From: Gracilinanus agilis
Taxonomy: Eukaryota
Length of the DNA stretch: 64,000 nt
Direction of reading: 5' to 3'
NCBI RefSeq assembly: GCF_016433145.1
Contig: NC_058132.1
Coordinates: 610,652,749 to 610,716,748, forward strand
Both the position numbers and the translations under genes were made by a program. Positions 51,025-64,000 of this stretch are shown here, piece by piece (the stretch's first letter is position 1; every line of letters starts with the position of its first letter). The notes beneath the pieces were generated by a model. The model was not told where the DNA came from. It saw only the letters and a program-made list of their open reading frames with translations, and searched no databases.

Positions 51025-52013
51025 AAAAGCTTCTGACTTCTACTAAGTCTTAATCTTACTTTGCAATATAAAACTTAATCTGCTTCTATACAAAATGGAG
51101 TGAGTCTCATGTGAGACGAAGAATTAAGAAAATATCTCATTTGTGCATCTGTGCTATGATCATCTAATTCACTGAAAATTCATCTTTAATGAATGGTAGC
51201 ATGCATAGTACAATGTTATCAAATTCAATTAGAAAAGGATCCCTACCTGAAGGTAGCCATCTTGACTTAGAAAATTAGAACATTTTTTCCATGAGGAATT
51301 TTCATTTATTTTAATAAACATTTTCCAATTATATTTTAATCTGATTCTAACTGCACATGGGAGTTTTACAGACTGCTACCAAATTCAACACTTCTGCAGT
51401 AATGGATAAATAGCCAAAAGGGAAGACAGTTCAAATCCTACCTCTGACACATGATGGTTGTCTTATTATGGGCAAGAGGGTTAACTTAACAAATGATCCC
51501 ATAAACTCTCCAAGACTGTTTTGCAATATAGGTGTCTATATCCATTAATAGAAAGAATTGCCACCTTGAGAGACATGTCAAGAAGATCATATATCCAAAT
51601 CAATATGTACACACATACATGCAGATATTAATATGTATCTGTGGTTTTATATTTATTGTATGTATATATGTCAAGTCTTCTACCATTTCTTTATAAGATT
51701 AGATTAAGAAACTAAATATTCTCTGGTCATGATAAAATTGCAAGCAGATGACATCTTTGAGGATACTTCTTTATATAAATTTTTCTTAAAGGTTAGTCAA
51801 TTATTCTAAACTCTGACTTATGTGACCTTAAATTCATCTACTAAAGTTTACATAAAATTTAAATATATTCTAGTCATTGTTGCACCCTCTCTGAATAAAA
51901 AAGTGCTTTAACCCCATATAAAATATGTGAGTCCTAGTTATTCTAAATAACATTAGACCAAAGCCAAAGAGAGCTGAGAAGAATTTTAATTATTTTAATT
52001 TAATTTAATTATA

Positions 52014-52090
52014 CAGGATGTCCCAAAAGCCTTAGGGCAAATTTAAACTTTAACATCTTAAAATTGCACTAAGACTTTTGGAACATCTTA
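52014..52090. mobile_element. Short Tc1/mariner-type MITE (MdoRep1-like) forming a hairpin
   Basis: About 27-bp inverted repeats (caggatgtcccaaaagccttagggca / tgcactaagacttttggaacatctta) with about 5 mismatches; TA at 52012-52013. Confidence 0.8.
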
Positions 52091-54519
52091 TGCATAAGGT
52101 AAAGATTCACAGGAGGTAAAGGTAGGCAAATAGCTAGATGGAATTTGGAGGAAATGGATATCTCTTTACTTTAAAGGTATCATTTGATCCCTATTCATTA
52201 TTCCTCTATCCTCATAAGAACTGTTGTTTTTTTTTTTTTATTCTTTTCAGGACCTTCCCAATCTCAGTGCTTTTTGTTGGTTGGTTGGTTGCATTTCCTA
52301 ATTCTATTTACTCTTCTGGCATTTAAATGTTCTGTATATTGTGTTTAGGGAGACTAATACATCGTTGATGAGTGATTTCATTTGATTTGGGAAGATCTTC
52401 CCTCAACACATATCATATGCCATCTATAATTTAGAGTTTTAGTGAATCGCATAAATCTCAGGAAGATTCAGTCAGTGCAGGCAACCACTGGTCACACAAC
52501 CTGCAAGTGTCAAAGGTGAGACTTGATCACAGGTCTTCCCAACTCCAAATATGGCATGCTCCCTTTACATTATCTCATCCACCAAAACATACAATATAAT
52601 AGGTGGCCATCACATTGCGTATCTTAATATAATACAAATTAGAATGTAACGTGTGCCTGAGCGGAGCATGAAGCACTTTGATGAGAAGTCACTTCCATTT
52701 GGGGATATAAAGGAAGGTGCTGTCAAGGCATTTAAAATGCGTGTTATCAGTGAGATCTATAGTTAATTGCCCATTTTTGTGGCGGTCAAAGTAAAATGAC
52801 TTCTTGGAAATATGGAAAGCACAGAAAATGCAAAGTACAATTAAGCAATAAATTTGCCTTTTTCCTAACCAAATGTTTCAATGGAGGCTTAGATGAGATT
52901 TTGTCTGATATCTCTTATCACTACCATGTATGATGGATACTTTAATTAGAAGAAAACTAGTCATAAGGCTGATGGAGAGAGAGAGAAGAAAAAAAGGGTC
53001 TAGATAATTTTGATATTATAGTTGGTTCCTAATAATTGAGCTATATAGACATTATATATTGTCTAAGTGTAACCCATGATTAAATTTGCACAACAATCCA
53101 CTTGACTATCCCCCTAAATAATCTGTGAACTCCTGGTATAGGAAGTTCTTTCACCAAGTATGTCATTTGGGGAGGCAGACAAGACACATAATCATTAACA
53201 TTCTTACCCCCCAAACAATAAAAACTATAACTAAAAACATACCTCTTTTTTTCTGGATCTCTACTACTGATGTGATGTGGAAGGTAAATTTACCCCTGTT
53301 GTTTGTTATTTTGTTTTGTTTCTTTTCTGCTCTATACTGCTTATGGTATAGGAAAAACACCATAGAAAAAGAAAAACGCCCAGCTCTTGGTTCAAGTCCC
53401 AGGTTTCCAAAAGGAATGGAACTCTTCTAAACAATTAAGCTGACTAAAAAAGGAAGAAATGAGTGAAAAGCAGGATAGATTAAATCAATGAGTTTGTATG
53501 CAAACTTCCCGCTGAGATTTTTTTATCCTCATCCATTTAAATAATCAGTCACAGGACACATTGTACACTTCCAATTGGCACTGGAATTTTGTATTATAAT
53601 TTTGTGTCCTCTCAATTAATTAAAAATCCAATAAATGCACCAATAAAAATGCAACTTACCCCCAAACTGTGAAATTCTTCTTAGCACATTCAAGAAGCCT
53701 TATCACCCATTTTATGCTCACATTAATGCAGTTGCTAAAATATTCACTTGTATTTGCCCATTTGCATTTTCATTAGGCTATTTAAGGGAAAAGAGCCTTA
53801 TAAGATTCAGATTTGGGTTCCTATCTTTGATTTTAATTTAATTTTGTTCCCAGTTACTCAAGTAGGTAGCTATGACTTGGCGGGACCTACTTAAAATCAA
53901 ATGTTTACTGGCAACTCTCCATACCCAATTGCTTTGTAAATGCCAAGAATAGCTCATGATGAAAGAATGTGCTGTGAAAGACAGTTTCAAAGACAACATC
54001 TCATTGGGGGTCAGAATGATCTTAGATGATATAAAGTTGATGTCAACATAAAGTAACTATAAACTGTTACATTAATGAGCCACAAACTACAATTTCTTAC
54101 ATCTTTTTTTAAAAAACTCAAACATTAAAGGGCTTCTGCTTCCTCAAATCCACACATTTCTTTCTTAATTCATCTACATTCCCAACTTCAAAGCATTAGT
54201 TTTATGTTGCTAATTTAACAAAGATACGTTACTTGCTAATCAAACTAGGGTGTAATTACCAAGTCTAAATTTCCCTTAAAAGTAAGTGAAGAGGAAGGCA
54301 CACCTGGTGGTACAGACTGATAGCAAAGTTTCAACTTTCTTCTTAATTTGACAAATTAGGATTGTTTCCTCTCTTCATTGATTTTGGCAATGCGGATCCA
54401 TTTTTTTCCCAATTAGAGCACTTTTAAAAATAAAGACATATGATTTCATCAGTTTAGGGAACTCTCGGTTTAGAAATCCCATTCACTAAACAAGATCAGC
54501 AACTCCTCTGTAATGGAGA

Positions 54520-54702
54520 ATCCTTTTTTAAATTCAATTTCTTTCTAGTCAATATTATGTCCTCACTCCCTCTCCCCTTCCTCATCCTTATTAATAAAGC
54601 AAGAAAAACAAAGCCTCTGTTTTATACTTGTAAGTCATAGCAAAACAAATTCCAACACTGACCAAGTCCAAAATGTATATATGTAAATATAAATATAAAC
54701 AA

Positions 54703-54738
<36 letters not shown>

Positions 54739-54850
54739 GCAGTCTAGATCCATTACCTCTTTTTCAGATGGACAGAGGATTTCATCATGAATTCTTTGAA
54801 ATTATGATTGATCATTGTGTTGGTCTCTCAAATTTGTTTTTCTTTAATAT
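54520..54850 (-). mobile_element. L1 3' UTR fragment containing an (AT)n tract (about 54706-54737)
   Basis: Similar to the other marsupial L1 3' UTR copies in the window. Confidence 0.7.
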
Positions 54851-57800
54851 ACAGTTTACAAGTTAGTCTTAAGTTACCTCAGGTGGCTTACAGCTAGTAT
54901 GTATCAGACACAGAACTTTGGTCCAGCTTTTCTTGACTCTAAAGCCAGTCCTCCATCACCTTCTCTCTCTTGTAAAGGAGATCCACCTCCTAAATGGGTG
55001 TTTGAGAAAGTTACTTTAATGTATACTTTAGTTACCTAAAGCAATGAATTCCTGCCTGACGGTCAAGAGAAGCTACTCTCAGTAACTTGGTTATACATAA
55101 TAACTAGTATCGACCATAATTCTATCTCATGCTATTATTTTTTTAACTCCCAGAACTGACTGTGTATCTAATTTCTTGTCTTAAATATATCTGAACATCT
55201 GTTTGGCTATAATTTCTAATAGCATTTCTGTAGACTGTTGTTAATTGTTAGAATTGAAAAAGCTCTAAAGTAGCCTAGTGTATTAATATGCTCTACTGAT
55301 TAATTACTAATAAAGGGACTATAATGAAGCAATGTCAATTATAGCTTCTTTGGCACTATTACTGATTTGAAGCAATATTGAATAGGAGTTGAATATACAC
55401 CTCAAGGATTATACCTTTCCATTGATTTAAGACTACCTAGGCATAGCTCAGAACATGCATTTTTCTAGGAAGTATGAGCTTTTGGGAATGATAGCCCTTG
55501 CTTGACTGTAATTACAATCAAGTGTTTGATATCCTGCCAGTGATCTCATAGCCTCCATTTCATTGGAGATCCCAATGACCAAAAAAACAGGAGTAAGATG
55601 TACTAGTCTTATGGTTAGATGGCTAAGAATTCTGTCTGTACAAATTGTAAAGCAAAAGTGGAGTAAGAAAATGACCATATTGTTAAAGAACTCCCAGTTG
55701 CCTTGACTCATGCCATGTCACATTGCTCAGACTTGATACTTTGAAAAGTTTCCCTTTCTTCTTGTTGATGCCAAGTTTAGGGGGCACTAACACAACAGCA
55801 CTATTACAAACACTTTGGGCCAGCTGATATCACACTTCGAAATAATAACCTCTCAGCTCTTTGTGACCCCTTCCATATCTGTAGGGCCAGGGACTACAGA
55901 ACTGTCTGGTCAAATTCCCTTTCCACAAATATCCAATTTTTATTATGGATTTTCCAAATATCCACAAGAACTATGTAGGAATGGAACAGCCTTGGGACAA
56001 AGTCCTATATACAACATCCCAATTATGCCCACATCCAATTTTTCTGCACATTGATCCTAGACAATCCTGGGATATAAACAAATTACTTTTGTTTTATATG
56101 TTCTTTTTGAAAATAACTTCACACTGTCAGTAATCAGAAAATCAGTAACTAGCAAATCAGAAACCTGGGAATCTTATTTGGATGTAGTTCAAGACTGAAT
56201 TTACTACAGATAAAAGAGACAAGATCACATACCAAATGAGTAAAATGCTCCTCTCTAGTTTCTAGTGAGGCATTAGTGCAGTATTGACTCAAAAGGAATA
56301 ACACAATGTCCCTATTTGGACATTTTACTTTGATGGGGGAAAATGTACTGTGAGATGGAGAAAAAAGGGAAAAGGCTGATAGTATAATTGCAATGGATGA
56401 CCAAAAAGCTGAAATGAATAGTAGGATGAAAGGAAAAGTTTAAGAGTAAAGAATGTGGAGGAGAAAAAAAGAATACAAGGAAACTGAGGCTCACCCTTGG
56501 AGACCTCATGGAGGTATCCTCACATAAGCCTTGTCATATTCATTCCTTCATGTGGTACCCTGCTTCCCCATTTTACCAAATATAGGAGCACAGTGAGTTC
56601 CTAAAGCCAACACCCAAAACTCTTCCAGGCCAAAAGAGGGGAGATAGAAAAATAACTGGAAGAGAGAGAAGAGTATTCTTGTCTGTACTGGAATTTCTCT
56701 TTCTTTCCTTCTCCCAGCCAGGAAAATATACCTCTCCCAATTGTTCCAGTTGTTCATGAAAGTACTTCCTTACCTCAAAAGGAGCAAGGATGCTGTCCCT
56801 TATTCCACTTAGGGGTAAATACCCACCCACAAGTGAAACCAGATCTCCCCATACTCCGTTATATAAAAAGTTACAGTTAGTTTTTTTTGTCCTCCTTCAA
56901 TTGGTTTCTATTTCCTTAGTGGAAAGGGGAAATGGCATAGAGAATCTGTGATATTAGATTTAGGAATGCATTATATGTCGGGTGTAGGGATAAAAAGCTT
57001 TAACTAATTGTGGTTGACTGAGGCTAACAGGCAAAAAAATAACCCGCACTCTCTGAGTATATACATTCAATTATTGCCTGGAGTGGGAAAGAGTGAACAT
57101 TTAGAAATATACTGAGTGTCTGGAACATCAAATGGACTGTAGGTAATCCAAAGTCTTTAACTCCTTCAGGAATAGTTAAGAGTTGCCCATATTTAGCTCT
57201 CAGATCTCTTTGGGTTAGAAATATCTCAGCTGCCCTCTTGCCAGGGATATTTTTAAGCAAAGATCATGGTGATTTTTTTTGAAATATTGAGACAGTTTAT
57301 CAAGTTGGGAATGCTGATCATATGAGCATTCTAACTGCTGATGTTTTCTAATTATCTGAAGTTAACATGAATATATTTAGCTTTTTCCACTTTTAGTGTC
57401 CTCATTTAAATGTATATAATATATGTACAATTTATTTCACAAAATTCATGGAGGTAAGTATTTAGTAAACAGTATAATACTTTATGCAGGAGGCTGCACT
57501 ATTTTTGTTGTTGTTTCACATTAAAATTAAAAAGGGGTTTGAAAACTTGAAGAAAATAATAGACTTTACAGGTAATATCTGTCTAAAACAAAATGAAAAA
57601 AAATGAACAGCAAATTTAGGAATATAGGACATTTAATACTTAAGGGCCCTTAGGCAACTTGCTTAATATCTATGGGCCTCAGTTTCTTCATCTGTTAATT
57701 GAGGGGAACAGAATGGATTGCCCCCCTCATCATTTTTTCCTTGCCTTGAACTGCTCCCATTTCTCCACTGTCAAGTCTCAGCCAGTTTTCCCATTGCTCC

Positions 57801-58365
57801 CAGAGCTACCACTGGCTGCTCCTCAGAGGAGAAAGGGGAGGTGCAGGAGACCTGGCATGGACATTTAATTTGTGGGTATGTGCTTCCTTTGCATAAATGC
57901 AAGGAACAGGGCAGCTGTCAATTTTTGTCCTCTTTCCATATGGACAGCCAGCCAATATTGAATCCTCTCTTCCTGCCACACATCTCATTTATGTGGCATT
58001 CTGCAGAGGTCTGTAAGGCCCATGCTTCCTCCTGCCAGGGCTAACCTCAGAGAGCAGCCAACTTCATCCTGAAATCAAGCTGGCAAAAAAGATTGAACGT
58101 GGGAAAAATCTACCCTCTTTCTGAAGCTTGTGCTCTCACTCCCTTTAGAAAGGTAAAAGCAGTGGTCCACTTAAAATGGAACCAGCAAAGCTCAAGGGAG
58201 CCAAGTTCCTGTAACCATGTTCCCACTTTGCTACTTAATTTGGGATTTGTTTTTTTTTGGAGTGGGGAAAAGAGATGACAAAGGGGTTGAGAAGGAGAGG
58301 AGAGCTGGTGCAACAGTCTTTGAAGCCAGGATTCCTGCAAGTTTGTGGTAAATCTTTAGTCTTGA

Positions 58366-58368
<3 letters not shown>

Positions 58369-58400
<32 letters not shown>

Positions 58401-58448
58401 AGAAAGACAGAGAGAGAGAGAGAGAGATGATGATGATGATGATGATAA
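58369..58448 (+). repeat. Compound microsatellite (TG)n-(AG)n-(ATG)n at an L2 tail
   Basis: Direct reading; a reverse L2 tail follows at about 58450-58620. Confidence 0.92.
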
Positions 58449-58898
58449 TGACAACAGCATTCATAAAATACCTACTATGTGCTGGGGCTATGCTAAGTTC
58501 CAGAAATATAAAAACAAACATGCAAGATAGCTCTCTGACTTTAAGAAGCTTACCTTCTAATAAGGAAGGACAAAATATCGAGTGCAATTGTAAAAGCAGG
58601 ATGCTATGGCATGATTTGGAATTTATAGCAAGAAAGTGGCCTGGAGATCTGGTTCTCTCACCTATCAGAACCTAGAGATGATGGCCAGAGTATGGGCAGC
58701 AATCATGGGGTAGATATAATCCCTTTAGTCTCTCTGCTATCTATGACCAGACAGACTGTATATTAATAGAAGAAACAGTCGAGGTCATATTTGAGACCTC
58801 TTGCCCCATGAGGTTTGGAAGTGAAAGACACTGAAAGATGGCATCCTTCTCGGCATCCTTCCTGCACTGCCCTGCCATGATGTTATTATACAGACAAC

Positions 58899-59092
58899 TG
58901 AGGGCTCTTAACCCATGGTCTACAAACTTACTTCATATTAATATTTTGATGGGTATTTCAATCAAATTGGTTTCCTTATGATCTTATATGTTTCATTTTA
59001 TGCATTTCAAAACATTATTCCAAGAAAGAGTTCATTGACTTTTTCATATTGCTAAAGGAGTTCAGAACCCCGCCCCCACAAATGTCAAGAAT
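58899..59092 (+). mobile_element. hAT-Charlie-type MITE
   Basis: gggctcttaacccatggtc...attggtttcc...ttttatgcatttcaaaacattattc...gtcaagaattc; decayed termini. Confidence 0.6.
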
Positions 59093-59569
59093 TCACAATG
59101 AACAGAGCATATTTGGATTTGAACTCTGCATAGAGCACTTACCAGCTATATGACCATTAGTGTTCCACTTAACCTCTCTGTATTTCTTTCACTGTGAAAT
59201 GGGAATAATATTATATGTCGAAGTTACTTTACAGGAGTATTAGAGATTAGTATTAGTTATTATATATAATCAGTATTAGTATTAGATCTCATTATATGAG
59301 ATTGTGTAATTGGTATATCAATTACTTTGCTAACTTTATAGGGCATTATTCAAGTCAAATATTACTATCTGACTAAACTAGAAATTCAACACTTTAAAGT
59401 CATAATAGGTTCAAGGGTCAAAATAAGTCTGTGAGTCTCAAGATACTGCCTGAAGCACCCACAGAGAATTTGTGCAGCCTTTTATTCAAATTCAGAGCCC
59501 TATTGCCAGATTTTTGTCATGAAAAAGAAGACAGTGCTCATTTCAAATTATTCTGCTTCTTTTTCTGTT

Positions 59570-59925
59570 TTAGCCAAACTGACTCCATTGCCTTAGTCAT
59601 TCCTTGTAAAATATCCCATTTCCTACCCTTGAGCCTTTGTATATTGGTCTGGAATGTATTCCTTCCCCACCAGACTCCTTAACTTCCTTCCAAGTAGAGC
59701 TCTCAAGTCCCCTAGGTAGAGCCTCTGCAGATACCCCTTCCCCACTCTAGGTTTTAGTATTCTCTCCCTGTAGAAATGACTTCATAACTGTGATATCCCC
59801 AGTACAATATGAGCTCTCCAAAGGCAGGAACTATTTCATTTTTTGTGTTTGTATCTCCAGTGACTAATATCATGCTTTGCTCATAGGATAGGTTTAATGA
59901 AAGCTTTGGGGGTTGAATTGAATTA
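59570..59925 (+). mobile_element. L2 3' fragment
   Basis: aaaggcaggaactatttcattttttgtgtttgtatctccagtgac...gttgaattgaatt. Confidence 0.7.
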
Positions 59926-60359
59926 ATCTAATACATGACTCCTATCAAGTTTTTTTTAATTAGAAATTTGAGACCACGGAGCTATACAGTAGAGGTCAGA
60001 GGTTAGGGGGAGTATCTTTCTCAGAAGGCCATTGTTAAAATATACATTTTAATTTGTGCATTTACAGTACAAATATTTTACCTGAAAGCAATCTGGTCCC
60101 AGGAGCACAGTAGCATGGATTTGTTTATCTGGTGAGCCAGTTGATATTCCAGAAGCACAGAGGGCCAGCCCTGAGCTGTTGAGATCCATAATAAATACAT
60201 TGTAATATGGAAAAGAGCAAGTTCTAGATAGCAAGGGTATATTGTAAGGATGCTAGTCAGGAGAGAATAGCTCCTCAGGCTGGGATGGATGCCTATGAGG
60301 AAAGGTAAGGGATAATGGAAAGGGGGAGAAGAGTTTCTCAACCAAAGGAGAAAAGGAAT

Positions 60360-60745
60360 ACAGGCTTTATTTTTTATCATAAAGATATTTTATTTTACCA
60401 CTTTACATGTAATACATTTCCACTTAAGTTTCCCAAAATTATAAGATCCAAACTGTCTCCCTCCCTCCCTTCTTTCCGTCGCCCCTCTAGGAGCTGGCAA
60501 GCAATATGATATCTATTATCAAGCAAAACATATTTCCATATTATTCATTTTTGTAAGAAAATAATCATGTAAAACCAAAACCCCAAAATAAAAACCCAAA
60601 TAAACTAAAGTGAAAAATCATATGCTTTGATCTATATTCCAATTCCAACAGTTCTTTCTCTGAAGGTGGATAGTATTCTTCGAAAGTCACTCAGAGTTGT
60701 CCTGGATCATTGTTTTGCTAAGAGTAGCTAAATCTATCAGCCTTG
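60360..60745 (-). mobile_element. L1 3' UTR fragment
   Basis: Same 3' UTR family as 2155-2896 (aaaaccaaaaccccaaaataaaaacccaaataaac...gagtagctaaatct). Confidence 0.85.
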
Positions 60746-61299
60746 ATCAAGGAACATGGACTTTAAATCAGTCTTAGTCCAAAAGGAAGGAATGGTAAGA
60801 GGGAGGGAGAGTGGGGCTAAAGATAGAATTTATTCACTTCAAAATTTTCCATAGACTTAGCCTTGGAAACCCGAATGGTTACTCAGTTGTGCCCCAAGAT
60901 GTCTGATTTTGTTGTTGTTGTTATTGTTGTTGCTGTTGCTAATTTTTAAAAAAAAGGAAAAAGATTGAGTGAACTGAACAGTCTGAATTAAACAATTTTA
61001 TACTTGGATTGGACATGGAGAGGACCGCACAAGGGAAAACAAGGTATAGTATGGCAGGAAGCTCAGGAGCAAAGTGCAAGAATAATCTAGGTTTAGAGAA
61101 TTCAATGAGGCTAAAGGTCAAGAAGAGAACAACAAACTGAAGCCAGTCAATAGTCAGGAGCCAGTGGTAAAAGGCAGTGGTCAAGACTTTGCCATGGGTC
61201 AAAGCCAGGCCTGCAGAAATGAAGGACCTGAGAAAAGCTGACCTTGACACCAGGGTACTTCCTGTTATTGACAGTTATTCACATTCTGTCAAGGACAAA

Positions 61300-61520
61300 T
61301 ATTTGGATTCTTATAAGTCTTTAGAGGCTTGATATAATTCAACAATGCATCATGGCAGTCAAAAAAGCTAAATCTCAATAGAAGCATGCATCTCACTGTA
61401 CTTTTCCATTATCAGACCCCATCTAGAACACTATACCTGAATGCCACATTTCAAGAAGGAAACCGATAGAGTGTTCAATAGAAGGCGACAGGATTAGAAA
61501 AAAGTTAAAGGCATCTAAGA
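61300..61520 (+). mobile_element. L3/CR1 fragment
   Basis: ggcagtcaaaaaagctaa...atcagaccccatctagaacact...gccacatttcaagaagga. Confidence 0.65.
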
Positions 61521-61779
61521 ATGTGTAACCTATCTAGCTAGCTAGCTATCTTCACATATTTGACTATCTGTCTTATATAAGAGGGATTACCCAAAGGGGA
61601 AACAAAGTACTGGATTGATTCCTTACAAATGAATACTCTTCATATTTTTAATAATAATAATAAATAAATGACTGAATGACTTTCCATGGACGAAATAAAT
61701 TTTATCATCAGATGGCCAGTCAGTCTACTGGTATTAGACATCTTTATGATTAACTAGGTTAGTCTGCAGAAAACAGACT

Positions 61780-62570
61780 CAGTTGGTTCCTAGGGCTATA
61801 GTCAAAGATTTTCCAACTTGGCAAAACCTAATAGAGTTTGAGATCAGCTAGAATAGATCATGAACACCCAGGGTTATTTCTACATACTGATGAAGAATTG
61901 GAGGAGTCTTATGAAATTACAGAAACTTTAAAGAGATTTATAATCATAACAGTTTGATCTATCCATTCACACAGGAAAAAACAAATAGGTCTTGCCAAGA
62001 GTTCAACATGCATCTGAATGAAATCCTATAGAGCTTATCCAATGGTATGTTTATCTGGTGCTGGCAATGCAGGCGGAAAATGAGCTGGGTCCAAAGTTGA
62101 AAAGAAGAGTGGGCTGCATTGTTTTTAGTAAACCACAAAACACTTTTATTGACCCTAAACTTCCCATAACCACAAAGATCTATCTTTTCAACAGAATCAT
62201 TTAGCTGGTGTTGCTATATAACAAGGAGACCTGAAAAATCACTGTTTCTAAAGAACCAAAAATGACTATCAAAAAGAAAGGCACATTGGTAGATAGATTT
62301 TTAGCCGAATATGCTACAATATAATATATGAGTGAGAAACTACAAAGAAAAATAAAAGTGAAGAATATCAGCAAAGAATTTTATGACAGAAAGGGAAAAT
62401 GGGCTGTCATGTGGCAAAAGCAAAATGAACAACCAGTGTGCTACATTAGCACCCTTATGATACTGGGAGATGCACTAGGAAGTCACACATGGTGAATTTC
62501 TTTTTAGAAGAACAAGGATGAAACATACAGAATGAACAAGCATGTCTAAATTGTGATCCTCATTATTGAA
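61780..62570 (+). mobile_element. RTE LINE (RTE_Mdo-like) remnant with large internal deletion
   Basis: 3' ORF words gagctgggtccaaagttgaaaagaagagtgggctgc, ttattgaccctaaacttccc, ttttatgacagaaagggaaaatgggctgtcatgtggc. A short upstream piece resembles the endonuclease region. Confidence 0.75.
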
Positions 62571-62774
62571 AAGAACTCCAAAAATGATGAAATCACAGCT
62601 CCATTTGATCACTTGGATGAATGAAAAAATACCATTTTATTGAACATTTATTATATGGCAAACTATGGCTTAGTATTACATGGCAGATAAGGCCTACAAG
62701 ACCATAAAGTGAATCAGTAAGGCAGGTAGTAATATATCTTCATCTCCATCATTTCCACTGATAAAATCATATCT

Positions 62775-63280
62775 GTTTTAAATTTTTAATTATTATTTTT
62801 ACTAAAATTTTATGTCTAAGAGAAATCTATTTTCTCTTCTGTCTAATACTCGCCCCCAAAAACATTCATTAAAATAAATATTCATGGTCAAGCAAAGTAT
62901 ATTCCACCATTGGCCATGTACAAAAACAGTATGTCTCACTCTGCACCCTGAATTTATCACCTCCAAGGCAGGTAGTACATAGTATGTTTCAGCATGGATC
63001 CTCTGGGTTCATGGATGGCCATTGCTATTGATCACCATCCTTATAATTTTCAAAGTTATTTGTATTTATAGCATTATTATTATATAAGTAGTTCTCCTAG
63101 TTCTGCTTATTTTATTCTTTATCATTTTATACATATCTTCAAAACTGTTTCCTCTGCTGTTGAAATTGTAATATAAAGTATTCATTTAATTCTGTTTATT
63201 TCACTTCACACCAGTTCACACATCTTTCAATTGTTCTTTGAAATCATCTTTTTTCTCATTCCTTACAATACAATATTATC
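62775..63280 (-). mobile_element. L1 3' UTR fragment
   Basis: T-rich tail and L1 3' UTR words (aattcatggtcaagcaaag, ttcacttcacaccagttcacacatc). Confidence 0.75.
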
Positions 63281-63699
63281 CCAAAAATAAATTGTGATAT
63301 ATGGATGTGGTACTTTATATGCTGAACCCTTTGAAATCACCAAGAACTTTGTGCTGAAAACTTTCTGTTCTGGATTATCAGTGGGTATGAAGGAAGAGGC
63401 TATGCACACCTAGAGAATCTATCACCTGGTTGAGTTTTTGTTGAGAAGGAGTCTAACTGAAAGCAGAGTTGATGGATCTAAGGAAGCCTTCACTAAAGAT
63501 CTGATGAAGATCAAGATGGTGGCAGTGATTTGGCCTGCCTTGACCATACCACATATGCCTTTCACTTAGTGTTGATTTCAGTTATGCTGGCTTGCCTGCA
63601 GTTGCTCCAGCAATTGGCAGTGGTGGTGATGATGATAATGGTAGTATCTTCACAAAGGTAGTATTACCAGGATCATCATCAGAAGCATCTTCATCACTA

Positions 63700-63900
63700 C
63701 ATATTATTTTAATATTTGTAAATCACTTCATGTAGATTCTAATTTGCTTTATAAAACAACCCTATGAGACAGATTATATTATTAGCCCTATTTTACAGTT
63801 GAAACTGAGGCCACTGAAGATTAATTGATTTGCCCAGGATCAAACAGCCAGTCATTGCATGAGGAAGGATTTGAAGTCCAGTGCTCTGTCTACCTTTCTA
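63700..63900 (-). mobile_element. MIR-family SINE
   Basis: caaccctatgag...ccctattttacagttgaaactgaggc...tgcccaggatcaaacagc...gatttgaagtccagtgctct. Confidence 0.8.
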
Positions 63901-64000
63901 TATCTACCATACAAATACAAAAGAGGGAGCTAATTCTATGGTTTTGTTAAAAATTCTTTCCTGCTATAGACAATGACACATATAATAAGCTTCATGAAAG

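Noticed and set aside
57942-57957. ggacagc as a second RE1
   Set aside because: Only a partial right half-site with no left half nearby.
15500-64000. The many 60-147-aa ORFs listed in intron 2
   Set aside because: They are low-complexity or hydrophobic translations of AT-rich DNA, repeat fragments or N runs; none resembles a cellular gene exon.

Overview
This is AT-rich, CpG-poor marsupial genomic DNA. The SINE1_Mdo-, MAR1- and RTE_Mdo-type repeats point to a didelphid opossum, probably Monodelphis (inferred from recalled consensus sequences). The window holds the syntenic SPAG16-VWC2L junction on the + strand. The last coding exon of SPAG16 (WD40 C-terminus, 10944-11119) and its poly(A) signal are followed about 0.7 kb later by the VWC2L (Brorin-like) promoter, a probable non-coding exon 1 (about 11970-12697) with a near-perfect REST/RE1 site, and the first coding exon (14997-15466). 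The remaining 48 kb is VWC2L intron 2, rich in L1, L2, L3/CR1, RTE, MIR, MAR1, SINE1, a 7SL retrocopy and DNA-transposon MITEs. I could not find VWC2L exon 3 in the called bases; a 196-N gap at 46304-46499 could hide it. I see no support for a wholly new biological system. The most interesting observations are the compact regulatory architecture at the gene junction, a three-layer L1/L1/hAT nest, and a ~70-bp sequence present three times locally, once as an insertion between 23-bp direct repeats. Repeat family names are from memory, and boundaries of old repeats are approximate (tens of bp).
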